This document shows, piece by piece, positions 15,816 to 23,932 of a stretch of DNA of 64,000 nucleotides. Source of the stretch: a virus. Location: IMG/VR virus record IMGVR_UViG_3300023283_000146, positions 1-64,000 of that record. One strand, written 5' to 3'. The notes under the pieces are model-generated. The model did no database searches. It had not been told where the DNA came from and saw nothing but the letters and a program-made list of their open reading frames with translations. The position numbers were made by a program, and so were the translations under genes. The stretch's first letter is position 1. The number at the start of each line of letters is the position of its first letter.

Positions 15816-16010
15816 ATGGGCCGACGCCGAACCAAGAAGCCTGTCGAACAAGCAGAGCAACCGAAGAAACCTTCCCGTCCGAAGCTGAGAAAGCGCCCTC
15901 TTGAGCCAGGGGCGAGACACCTCAGCAGAGAAAAAGTGCTCCACATCTATGGGCACAAGGCCCAGCAAGTGAGCCCGGCCGGCAAGAACAAAGGCAAGAA
16001 GGGATCTTGA
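15816..16010 (+). CDS. hypothetical highly basic protein (64 aa)
   Basis: ORF track. ATG preceded by CCAAGTCATC, the last start-abutting copy of the motif. Confidence 0.5.
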   Translation: MGRRRTKKPVEQAEQPKKPSRPKLRKRPLEPGARHLSREKVLHIYGHKAQQVSPAGKNKGKKGS

Positions 16011-16024
16011 GCATCTGGTAGGGC

Positions 16025-16330
16025 ATGGGAAGCATCAAAACAGGCCAGTGTGCCAATCGAACGTGGGACCCCTTTCAGGTCGCCGAGGCGGATGACCCTC
16101 TCGTGCTGGCCCTGCGTCGCCTGCGGAACAGGGAGAACATCCTCGCCGAGGTCCTGTCCGTGCTCCTCCTGCCGGCGAACCGCCCGGCGATCCACGGGGA
16201 GATCATCGAGATGGCCTGGACGTGGGTCGAGCGCGCGGGGCTGGGAGACGTGCTCCCGCGCGTGAGCATCGAGGCCGAGGCGGCCCGGGTGATGGACCAG
16301 GAGGCCAAGCGTCGAGGGGGTGAAGTGTGA
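16025..16330 (+). CDS. hypothetical protein (101 aa), paralog of 17602..17880 with a DUF5131-like N-terminal stub
   Basis: ORF track. The C-terminal two-thirds align with 17602..17880 (ILAEVLSVLL.P.NR......IEMAWTWV.RAGL.D). The N-terminus carries ANRTWDPFQ. Confidence 0.55.
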   Translation: MGSIKTGQCANRTWDPFQVAEADDPLVLALRRLRNRENILAEVLSVLLLPANRPAIHGEIIEMAWTWVERAGLGDVLPRVSIEAEAARVMDQEAKRRGGEV

Positions 16331-16596
16331 CCCGCGAGAGCGAGCACGTCATCCGAAGCGTCGCGCTGCAGTCGGGGGCGCTGCTGGCCGTGATCTGCAT
16401 CGTCTGGACGCTGTTCGGGCCGGCGACTCCTGCAGGAGACCAGGAAGGACCCCAGGAAACGCGAGCGACTGTGCTCCCGCAGCCGAACACGTCGGAGACG
16501 GAGGAGCTCGAGGCCCTCGGGATGTGCACCTGGTGCGGTGAGAGGCGCCTCGATTGCTACTGGCACACGAAGGAGTGGCCGGAGGAGATCCGGTGA
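16327..16596 (+). CDS. hypothetical membrane protein (89 aa)
   Basis: ORF track. GTG start overlapping the previous stop; hydrophobic segment ALQSGALLAVICIVWTLF. Confidence 0.45.
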   Translation: MTRESEHVIRSVALQSGALLAVICIVWTLFGPATPAGDQEGPQETRATVLPQPNTSETEELEALGMCTWCGERRLDCYWHTKEWPEEIR

Positions 16597-17576
16597 ACGA
16601 CAACGCCAACCCGACCGACTACGCCGATCGAACGTGGGACCCCTACCAGGGGAGGGTGCAGGCATCCCCCGACCTTGCGCAACTCAGAGCCCCCTTATGG
16701 TGGACACAGCCGGGGCGGGTCCGAGTTCTTCCCGATCTGTTCTCGGCTCCCGATGAGATCGCTGACCGTGCGTTCGCCGTCATGGCTCTGTGTCCTGACT
16801 CGATATTCTTCCTGCATACGTCATGGGTCGAGTGGATGCGGCACTATTTCCAGAACATGGAAAGGCGCGGCGGCGCGCTTCGGGCGACTGTGGAGGCTGT
16901 GGATGCGCAGTTTTACTTGAAGTATGGCGACCCGCAGCGCAACTGCGCTCGCTACGCGCGCCCCGAGCGCCTGGAGGCTGGATTCCGCGCCATCGACCAC
17001 ATGTGGCGGGGCGAGCCCCTTCCCAATGTGTGGCTTGGCGCCCGCATCAAAGACCAGGCCACCGCCGACGAGCGCATCCCGCTGCTGCTCGACACGCCGG
17101 CCGCGCGGAGGTTCGTGCTGGCGGAGCTGGGCGGGCCGGTGGATCTGACCAAGATCAAGTGGCATCCGATTTACGTACAGCCGAACGCGGTTTGCAGGAC
17201 CGGGCTCAAGGGCTGGTCGCTGAACAACGCGCTTCAATCGCGCGCCGCGGACGAATGGAACCCCGAGAAAGTCGGCCTCGACTGGCTCCTCGTCGGCGGC
17301 GAGTCCAGACCGAGCGCGCAGCCGTGCGAGGTCGCGTGGATCCGGTCGCTCGTCGAGCAGGCGCGGGACGCTTCGGTGCCGTGCTTCGTCGAGCAGCTTG
17401 GCTCGCGTGTCATCGCGACGGCCCCGCGTGCTCCCGAGTGGCCGGGTAACCCGCCGTCTACCCGCGTCGATCAAGAAGGCTGCCCTCATATTCGGCGGGT
17501 CCATCTCATTCACTCCAAAGGCGCCGACCCGGCCGAGTGGCCAGAGGACCTGCGCGTGCGGGAGGTTCCAGAATGA
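16593..17576 (+). CDS. Gp37/Gp68 (DUF5131) family protein; N-terminal Cys motif apparently lost
   Basis: Track ORF 16554..17576 trimmed to a GTG overlapping the previous stop (GTGA). RTWDPYQG..., NVWLGARIKDQATADERIPLLL, LDWLLVGGESRP and VPCFVEQLG match my recollection of the family consensus. Confidence 0.7.
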   Translation: MNDNANPTDYADRTWDPYQGRVQASPDLAQLRAPLWWTQPGRVRVLPDLFSAPDEIADRAFAVMALCPDSIFFLHTSWVEWMRHYFQNMERRGGALRATVEAVDAQFYLKYGDPQRNCARYARPERLEAGFRAIDHMWRGEPLPNVWLGARIKDQATADERIPLLLDTPAARRFVLAELGGPVDLTKIKWHPIYVQPNAVCRTGLKGWSLNNALQSRAADEWNPEKVGLDWLLVGGESRPSAQPCEVAWIRSLVEQARDASVPCFVEQLGSRVIATAPRAPEWPGNPPSTRVDQEGCPHIRRVHLIHSKGADPAEWPEDLRVREVPE

Positions 17577-17601
17577 CCACCAACACCTTCGAGGTAGTGC
17601 T

Positions 17602-17880
17602 ATGAGCAATGTGGATGAAAATGAGGCGCGCTGCGTCGGCTTCGTCCCTCCCCGTGTCGATCACTCGGAGGCCGATCTAGACGCTCTGCGAGCAACCCGG
17701 AGGCTGCTCAAGAAGAGGGAAGAGATCCTGGTTGCAATCCTGGCAACGTTACTCCAGCCGGACAATCGCTCCAAGCTGCCGCCGAAGTTGGTTGAGATGG
17801 CTTGGAACTGGGTTCAGTGGGCGGGGCTGGAGGATGCCTTCCAGCGGGAGACCATCGAGCCCAAGGAGAAGGGGTCGTGA
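17602..17880 (+). CDS. hypothetical protein (92 aa), paralog of 16025..16330
   Basis: Internal ATG of track ORF 17398..17880. Homology to 16025..16330 seen by eye. Confidence 0.55.
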   Translation: MSNVDENEARCVGFVPPRVDHSEADLDALRATRRLLKKREEILVAILATLLQPDNRSKLPPKLVEMAWNWVQWAGLEDAFQRETIEPKEKGS

Positions 17881-18125
17881 GTAAGCATCCGGACCTAAAG
17901 CGGCAGCTCAACGAAGACCGCGCCCGGTACGTGGGCATGATACAGGCGGCCTGCGAGGTCCACGACCGCTTCGGCCCGTTCGGGCCTTTGAGCCGAAGGT
18001 TCGGCGTTGGTCGCGCCTATGAAGCGATCATAGAGTGCGCCAAAGAGTTGGCGCGACAGAACATGAGAACGCAGCAGCGACTGTATAGGGTGGAGCACGG
18101 CCGGCGCGAGGAGGACGACTCGTGA
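17877..18125 (+). CDS. hypothetical protein (82 aa)
   Basis: GTG overlapping the previous stop (GTGA), within track ORF 17802..18125. Confidence 0.5.
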   Translation: MSKHPDLKRQLNEDRARYVGMIQAACEVHDRFGPFGPLSRRFGVGRAYEAIIECAKELARQNMRTQQRLYRVEHGRREEDDS

Positions 18126-18439
18126 CCAACCCCGAGATCCGCGCCGCGCATGCCTCCGTAGTGGATGCGCTTCGTCGTCTAATGGACAAGGTGGCGGCCC
18201 CCGATCTGCGCGACGAGAGAGCAGGCGCGTTGGCGGAAGAGTTCTGCGCCATGAGCGATGACGGACAGGCGCGATTCTTCGAGGAGGTTGCGCGGATCAT
18301 GAAAACATGGCCCGCAGCGGCGGCCGTGATGCAACGCCACTACATCGGTAGACATCTCGCAACCTGCGAGTGTGTCTCCGACCCTGGGCGCGACTGGGTT
18401 CTAGATTTAGCCGAGAGCATCAAAGCTGCAAAGCAATAA
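18122..18439 (+). CDS. hypothetical protein (105 aa)
   Basis: ORF track; GTGA overlap. Confidence 0.55.
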   Translation: MTNPEIRAAHASVVDALRRLMDKVAAPDLRDERAGALAEEFCAMSDDGQARFFEEVARIMKTWPAAAAVMQRHYIGRHLATCECVSDPGRDWVLDLAESIKAAKQ

Positions 18440-18849
18440 TGACCTCCACGCTTCATCCCTTACTCGTTCGCCATGCCCAGTCGCTTGGGCTCCAAGTCAT
18501 CGAGACTCCGTGGCCGGCATGGCACGGGCCCAACACGGTGTGCGCGGACTGCGATGAAGACCTGTCGCACGAGATCGCGCACTGGCTGCTCGCTCCCCCG
18601 AGCCGGAGAAGACGGCGATGGTTCGGGCTCGGGCACCCCAACAATGGCGGCAGGGGCGGCGGCGTCACGTGGTCCTTCGCGCTGGAGGAAGAGAAGCAGG
18701 CCAGCCTGCTCGGCATCCTTCTGGAGCGCTCAGCGAGTATAGACCCGATGCCTACATGGAGGGACCACGGGTGGCACTACAACATCTCGGGCGCTGCGGC
18801 GGTCCTGCGTGAGCTACGCAGGAAGGGCCTCTACCCAGTGACCTTATGA
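18439..18849 (+). CDS. hypothetical protein (136 aa) with an HEIAH motif
   Basis: Internal ATG of track ORF 18370..18849 (TAATGA junction). HExxH at DLSHEIAHWLL. Confidence 0.55.
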   Translation: MTSTLHPLLVRHAQSLGLQVIETPWPAWHGPNTVCADCDEDLSHEIAHWLLAPPSRRRRRWFGLGHPNNGGRGGGVTWSFALEEEKQASLLGILLERSASIDPMPTWRDHGWHYNISGAAAVLRELRRKGLYPVTL

Positions 18850-19184
18850 GCAAGCGCAAGTACCCCGAGAAACCGTGCACAGAGTGTCCGTACATCGGCA
18901 ACGTGCCGGGCTGGATCGGTGGGCACGACGATCCGCGAGAGTTCATCGACTTGGTGAATGCGGAACAGGAAATGCCGTGCCACTCGAAGGTCGACTACGG
19001 AGACGACGAGTGGCAAATGAAGCAGTGGAGCGCGCCACGCTGCGTTGGCCAGTTGATGATGGCAAACCGTATGTGCAAGCGGTTCCGCGACCCCGAAATC
19101 GCGGAACAACAGGAGAGAGTGGGCAAGGCCCCGCACACTCCACTTGAGTTGGTCGATCTGCACAGGAAGGGGACGATCAAGTGA
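18846..19184 (+). CDS. hypothetical Cys-containing protein (112 aa)
   Basis: ORF track; ATGA overlap. Confidence 0.55.
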   Translation: MSKRKYPEKPCTECPYIGNVPGWIGGHDDPREFIDLVNAEQEMPCHSKVDYGDDEWQMKQWSAPRCVGQLMMANRMCKRFRDPEIAEQQERVGKAPHTPLELVDLHRKGTIK

Positions 19185-19209
19185 CGATGAAGGTAGAGGA
19201 AACTGACCA

Positions 19210-19800
19210 ATGACTCAGCACGACCGCGACACATACGCCATCGCCCGAGCCCTCAACCTGCTCCCGCCCTCCCCCGAAGCCAGCGCAGCGCACGAAGCGC
19301 TGACGAGGCTGAGCGACGCGGTCCACTGGCTGGAGAGCGAACGGGACAAAGCGCGGCGCCTCCTTGCCGGTGCCGCTGAACGTGCGGAAGAGGCGTTGTC
19401 TGAGGCTGGACTCGACAGCGCGCAGGCCGAGGGCGATCTCCGCTATTACGCGACCAGGCCTGCTGTGCGCGACGCGATTGGAGTGCTGGCCAAACACATC
19501 AGTCAGGATCGGGCCCAGATCGAGCAACTCCACTCCCGCCCCTGCCCATACGTCCGTGGTGAAGAGGGCGAGACGCAGTGGTGCGGGCTCGCTGAGGACG
19601 TCGTAGCGAAGAATCACTTTCGGATCACGGACCTCCAGGATGAGGTCAAGCGACTCCGCCATGCCCTGGCGTACTACGCCGACAGAAGCCAGTACGAGTA
19701 CCTTACGTGGTACGGCGTCGAAGGCCAGCAGATCTGCAACCCGCCCGTGCTCAGCGACCGAGGCGCAGTCGCGCAGCGCGCCCTGGGAGAACCCGAGTGA
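19210..19800 (+). CDS. hypothetical protein (196 aa)
   Basis: ORF track. Confidence 0.6.
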   Translation: MTQHDRDTYAIARALNLLPPSPEASAAHEALTRLSDAVHWLESERDKARRLLAGAAERAEEALSEAGLDSAQAEGDLRYYATRPAVRDAIGVLAKHISQDRAQIEQLHSRPCPYVRGEEGETQWCGLAEDVVAKNHFRITDLQDEVKRLRHALAYYADRSQYEYLTWYGVEGQQICNPPVLSDRGAVAQRALGEPE

Positions 19801-20114
19801 ACGAAGACCGCAAGCTCGACCGCCACCAGCGACGTGAAGCCGACAACCTGCTTGAGCAGGTCATCAAGGACCCTGAGGCAGCAGCTCATGAGATCGTGTG
19901 GCTGCGAGCCGCACTTGCCGAGCGGGGGTGGCATCCAATCGAGACGGCGCCGGACGAAGAAGAGACCTTCCTCGTACTCTGCGACGGCTCACCCTTCCTG
20001 GTGGACCGCATTGCTGGCAGGTGGTTTCTCGGAGGACCCGAAGAGGTAGAGGTGCACCCCACTCACTGGATGCCTATTCTCGATCCGCCCCTTCGCAAGC
20101 CAGAAGCTGAGTAA
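19797..20114 (+). CDS. hypothetical protein (105 aa), DUF551-like C-terminus
   Basis: GTG overlapping the previous stop, within track ORF 19707..20114. GWHPIETAPDEEETFLVL resembles the DUF551 pattern as I recall it. Confidence 0.5.
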   Translation: MNEDRKLDRHQRREADNLLEQVIKDPEAAAHEIVWLRAALAERGWHPIETAPDEEETFLVLCDGSPFLVDRIAGRWFLGGPEEVEVHPTHWMPILDPPLRKPEAE

Positions 20115-20347
20115 TGAACAAAACAGCAAGATCAACGAAGCCTGAGTTTAGCGATCGTTTGTACAGTGCACGTCTTAGACGTGGCTTTACGCAAGAAGAG
20201 TTGGCACAGCAAATAGGGCTAACACGAGTCAGTGTCTCCAACATGGAAGCTGGCGCACAAAACCCTAAGATAGAGACACTGCACCGTTTGTGTAGTGCTC
20301 TTGTGACAACCCCAGATTATTTTCTGGGGTATCGCAAGAAAATGTGA
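20114..20347 (+). CDS. XRE-family helix-turn-helix protein (77 aa)
   Basis: ORF track. LYSARLRRGFTQEELAQQIGLTRVSVSNMEAGAQNPKIETL is a typical HTH. TAATG junction. Confidence 0.75.
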   Translation: MNKTARSTKPEFSDRLYSARLRRGFTQEELAQQIGLTRVSVSNMEAGAQNPKIETLHRLCSALVTTPDYFLGYRKKM

Positions 20348-20355
20348 TGATTTAT

Positions 20356-21315
20356 TCAGGAAGGGTTGATGGCATGTACAGTGGCCGGTTCAACCTTCAC
20401 TTTGTTGAGTAAGCCTAGACTCTTGCCGTCTCTTCGTACCTCCAGGTTACCCTGGCAATCGTAGATCCAAAGAGGATCAACATCCTCAATGTCCCAGACA
20501 GCATAGTCGTCCGGGGTGCCTTCTTCACGACCAAAGTGACACCCACGCACGTACAGCCCACGTGCTGTGGCCTTCGGGCCGTTATCTCCAATACGGGTTG
20601 TCAACACAGCCGTTGGTCCTCCAGGCGGACCGTCTTTGCCGAACGGGTTGGAGAGCATTGTGCAACGAACCATTTGTGCCCAGGGGCGGCCTTCGATGTT
20701 GACCATGCCTCTGGAAGTCTGCTGCATGCGATTGTCCAGGACAGTGTCAGCTAGAACGACTGGGGTTTTGAGTGACCCTTGGCCATCGCCAAAGTTGTTC
20801 TTGTCTGGGGCCTGGAAGCTGTATGCGTAGGCCCCACGGTAACGACCCTCATTCCCTGGGCGAAGCACAGCCGTATTGGCCGCACCACAACGCGAGAGCA
20901 CAACAATAGGACCGTAGCCCTCGCGCCAATCAGGGTGCACTTCCCATTCTCTGTCGATGACTTGCCAGGCTTGGCCGCCCACATTACGAACAAAGCAACG
21001 GGACCAGAGCACCATGTCACTGTGCTTCAGCCGGCGCATACAGCCGTAGTACCAAGCATGCTCTACACCTACATGATCAGTGCGGACATTACGGAACACT
21101 CCGTTCTGAAGTGAGTAGCCGCGGCCACCCCACTTCTCTGCCCCATGGATATGGATGTTTTCGAGCAAGAAGTCACGAACAGACTCCCACGAGTCTGGAT
21201 ACTCCTTGTATGCGATAGAGCATGACAAACCGACATGCTCAAAGTTGAGGAACGCGACATCAGCCAGATGTTCATCTGACTTGAACTTGTAGAAGGTATC
21301 TAGGTTGATTTCCAT
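20356..21315 (-). CDS. hypothetical protein (319 aa), possibly a parallel beta-helix fold
   Basis: ORF track. A lone minus-strand gene convergent with the early operon. Recurrent short hydrophobic-x-N/G rungs (NIHIHG, FRNVRTD, CFVRNVGG, LADTVLDN, RCTMLSN, VRGCHFG) are weak evidence only. Confidence 0.6.
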   Translation of the reverse strand: MEINLDTFYKFKSDEHLADVAFLNFEHVGLSCSIAYKEYPDSWESVRDFLLENIHIHGAEKWGGRGYSLQNGVFRNVRTDHVGVEHAWYYGCMRRLKHSDMVLWSRCFVRNVGGQAWQVIDREWEVHPDWREGYGPIVVLSRCGAANTAVLRPGNEGRYRGAYAYSFQAPDKNNFGDGQGSLKTPVVLADTVLDNRMQQTSRGMVNIEGRPWAQMVRCTMLSNPFGKDGPPGGPTAVLTTRIGDNGPKATARGLYVRGCHFGREEGTPDDYAVWDIEDVDPLWIYDCQGNLEVRRDGKSLGLLNKVKVEPATVHAINPS

Positions 21316-21462
21316 GAAGTCACCTTTTGGGGCCTACTGACAGCTTAGCGCATGAAGCAGCACCAACGTCCAACGGAACATCAGGTTCTCGAGGCATACC
21401 CCAAAGGCACCATTTTCGACTTCCCAGGTAAAAACTCACGACTAACAGCTCGTAAGCGTGTG

Positions 21463-21507
21463 CTGTGTTGGGAACGTGAAGGCAAGAGTTGGCGCCTGTG
21501 TTGGGAA
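21463..21507. promoter_or_regulatory. 12-bp exact direct repeat CTGTGTTGGGAA x2 in a divergent intergenic region
   Basis: Copies at 21463-21474 and 21496-21507, between 20356..21315 (-) and 21582.. (+). Confidence 0.4.
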
Positions 21508-21581
21508 TATGCAGATCCTTTGCGACCACGACACTTCCAAGGCAACTGTTCCATCCAATACTTCATCGCGAAGATGTTTCC

Positions 21582-21809
21582 ATGATAGATTGGCTTCACA
21601 TGTTGCTTTATCTTTGCTGCAGTTACTATGATGCCTTGATACGCGCAGCTTCACCCAGGCGGGCAACGTACGGTTTGCTCGAACATTGGGTTCGTGCATT
21701 GTTGTGGCCACTTACCTTTACATTCTTCCTCTACTTACGTGTGAGGATGAAGTGGCTAATAAGACAAGCACATCAACAGGCAGCGCTTCACAAGGAGAAA
21801 GCTGAATGA
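21582..21809 (+). CDS. small membrane protein (75 aa), holin-like by size and topology only
   Basis: Internal ATG of track ORF 21489..21809. Hydrophobic stretches WLHMLLYLCC and ALLWPLTFTFFLYL. Confidence 0.45.
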   Translation: MIDWLHMLLYLCCSYYDALIRAASPRRATYGLLEHWVRALLWPLTFTFFLYLRVRMKWLIRQAHQQAALHKEKAE

Positions 21810-22219
21810 AAATACTCGTCTTCAGACTCATCCCTCTCGTGATGTTGACGGCGTTGGCCGCTTGTTCGGCATGCGCTGGGCCCAATGCGCAGAAGCACGT
21901 ACTGCTGCCCGCTATGCAGAGTGCTTGGCCTGGTGTTCAAGATGACATCGAGTACGGCCTCAATGACGCTTTCGAAGAAGGTCAAGTCACTGAAGCAGAG
22001 GTTGCCGAGCAAGAAGCAACGATGACCACGCTGGGCCTAGCGCTCAGCGAGAAAGACCTGAACAAGGTTCGCTCAACGAGTTGGACAGAGCTCAACACCT
22101 GGGGCGAACGCGGCATTGAAGCACGAGTAGAAGACGGCCTCTCTGAGAGTGTGGCCGCTTCTCTCACATCTAGGCTCACCGAGTTTGACAACGCTATGAA
22201 GGAGATCCAAGGGCTGTGA
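21806..22219 (+). CDS. lipoprotein (137 aa)
   Basis: ORF track. Signal peptide with lipobox MLTALAAC. ATGA overlap with the previous gene. Confidence 0.65.
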   Translation: MKILVFRLIPLVMLTALAACSACAGPNAQKHVLLPAMQSAWPGVQDDIEYGLNDAFEEGQVTEAEVAEQEATMTTLGLALSEKDLNKVRSTSWTELNTWGERGIEARVEDGLSESVAASLTSRLTEFDNAMKEIQGL

Positions 22220-22500
22220 AAGAAGACTTCATCAAGCTGTTGCAAGACGCAGCAACAGAAACAGGTGCGACTCTGCAAGCCAACCTAGAAGATCTCGCTA
22301 CGTTCGCAGAGCAACGCACAGAACACCTCAAGACCATGACAGCTGACCCGCACTTCCCCATGGCTGTCCGGGCTGAGCGGGATGCGGTAGCGCTACGCGC
22401 TGGCATCAATGCTTCTCGCCAAGGCAGTGCAGCGGACCAACGGCTGCTAGGGCTCATCCAAGGCGCACTAGCCTTTGCCGCCAAGGTGGCTGCTGCATGA
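22216..22500 (+). CDS. hypothetical protein (94 aa)
   Basis: ORF track; GTGA overlap. Confidence 0.5.
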   Translation: MKEDFIKLLQDAATETGATLQANLEDLATFAEQRTEHLKTMTADPHFPMAVRAERDAVALRAGINASRQGSAADQRLLGLIQGALAFAAKVAAA

Positions 22501-22504
22501 GAAT

Positions 22505-22537
22505 GCGGCCCCCAACACTCCCGTTGTTGGAGGCCGC
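22505..22537. terminator. bidirectional hairpin between convergent genes
   Basis: gcggcccccaaca / tgttggaggccgc (13-bp stem with one mismatch, 7-nt loop). Confidence 0.5.
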
Positions 22538-22592
22538 TAGCTACCCACCTAGGCCCCTGGTCCCCCCTGGGGCCCGCATCTTTGGCAGGCAG

Positions 22593-23219
22593 CTATTCGG
22601 AGAAGTACCCTTCTTCAGCCCAGAGAAGGCTCAGCAGCTCTAGCTGCTCCGCTTCCACTTCCTGGGCTAGGCGTTGCGGTCCAAGATAACTGATGATCGC
22701 TTCATCGATAGTCGGACCGTAGCTGAGCCAATCGTCCTCAACAGTACGCTCAGCAAGCCAGAGGCCCTCGTAAGGTGCGAGGACCACGCCCTCATAGGGC
22801 TTGAGGTAACCCCCCAGCCGGCGAAGCACCTGTTCCGAGGGCCGTTCCTCGGGCCGTAGCAAGCTCAGCCAACGCCCAAGTGAACCTTGGGTGAGCCCAC
22901 TACCGCACAGCGCTAGCTCGGTTTCCAGCCAGCGCACACGGTTTCGGGCTGCGCCCAAGGCTCCTCGGAGCTCTGTGATGCGCTCTCCTTGATCGTTCTG
23001 CTGTTCCGCAGGAGCATGCTGCCCAGGTTGTGGCCGGTGGCTGGGGGCCTCAGCAGGACCCTGCAGCACCACAGGCTGCTTTTGGACCACGCTTTCTGCA
23101 GTGGGGTGTGCCGAGTCTGCGTTCGTGTCAGCTTGACCAACCACCCAGTAGACAAAGCCCCACCAGAAAGTGAACAACAGGCTCGTGAGAACCACATAAG
23201 TGAAAAAGTGGCGCATCAC
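22593..23219 (-). CDS. N-terminally membrane-anchored protein (208 aa)
   Basis: ORF track. Hydrophobic segment FFTYVVLTSLLFTFWWGFVYWVV near the N-terminus. Confidence 0.6.
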   Translation of the reverse strand: MMRHFFTYVVLTSLLFTFWWGFVYWVVGQADTNADSAHPTAESVVQKQPVVLQGPAEAPSHRPQPGQHAPAEQQNDQGERITELRGALGAARNRVRWLETELALCGSGLTQGSLGRWLSLLRPEERPSEQVLRRLGGYLKPYEGVVLAPYEGLWLAERTVEDDWLSYGPTIDEAIISYLGPQRLAQEVEAEQLELLSLLWAEEGYFSE

Positions 23220-23223
23220 TATC

Positions 23224-23835
23224 TCAGGTGTTGATGGTCACAGAGGAACCACCAGAAACCTGAATCGTAGAACCGTTGTTCAGGTTGATGGTCATCGTTG
23301 CACCAACGCCACCGTTGTTGGTCACCTTCAACGTAGACCCACCTTGGGCATTGACGGTGCCGCCTGTGCCGGAGATATCGACATCGTTGCTGCTCCCCAG
23401 GTCAACGACGTCGTTGCCATCGAGACCATTGACAGTGCCCTCGAAGCCACTGAGTGAAGTCACTTCTGTGTGGCTCGCATTGGTGCCCTCTTCAGGATCG
23501 ATCCAGGCAGCACCAGAGCTGTCTTCGTTGTTGCACAACTCGACGCCATCGCTGTTGCTGAAACACTCCCCGGCACTGACCTTGTGCTTGTTGCCAGCCG
23601 ACTTCTGGCTGCGGTTTTCAGGTTCGGTGGTGCTGCCAGTACCTGTGCTGTCCGAGCCACTGACTCCGAAGGGTGAGCTGGAGCGCGGGAGAGTGCCGAC
23701 AGCCTCGTTGGCTTCCTCCTGCCCGCCGGGCGGCTGGACCGAAGTCACACCCCAGCCCGAGACGGCCGACTGAGAGCTCGCCGGCAGAGCAAGCGCAAGC
23801 AGGAAGAGGAGGAACACGGGGATCATAGCTTTCAT
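23224..23835 (-). CDS. secreted protein (203 aa)
   Basis: ORF track. Signal peptide MKAMIPVFLLFLLALALPASSQS. Gly/Ser/Thr/Asn-rich C-terminus. Confidence 0.65.
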   Translation of the reverse strand: MKAMIPVFLLFLLALALPASSQSAVSGWGVTSVQPPGGQEEANEAVGTLPRSSSPFGVSGSDSTGTGSTTEPENRSQKSAGNKHKVSAGECFSNSDGVELCNNEDSSGAAWIDPEEGTNASHTEVTSLSGFEGTVNGLDGNDVVDLGSSNDVDISGTGGTVNAQGGSTLKVTNNGGVGATMTINLNNGSTIQVSGGSSVTINT

Positions 23836-23932
23836 GATAGCCTCATGGGGTTAGCGGAGACCGTGGGCCCTGTGCCCAGGTAGTGCTAGCCTGTCCCCGA
23901 GGCCGCTAAACGGCAAGCCGGGTTGGCAGGTC

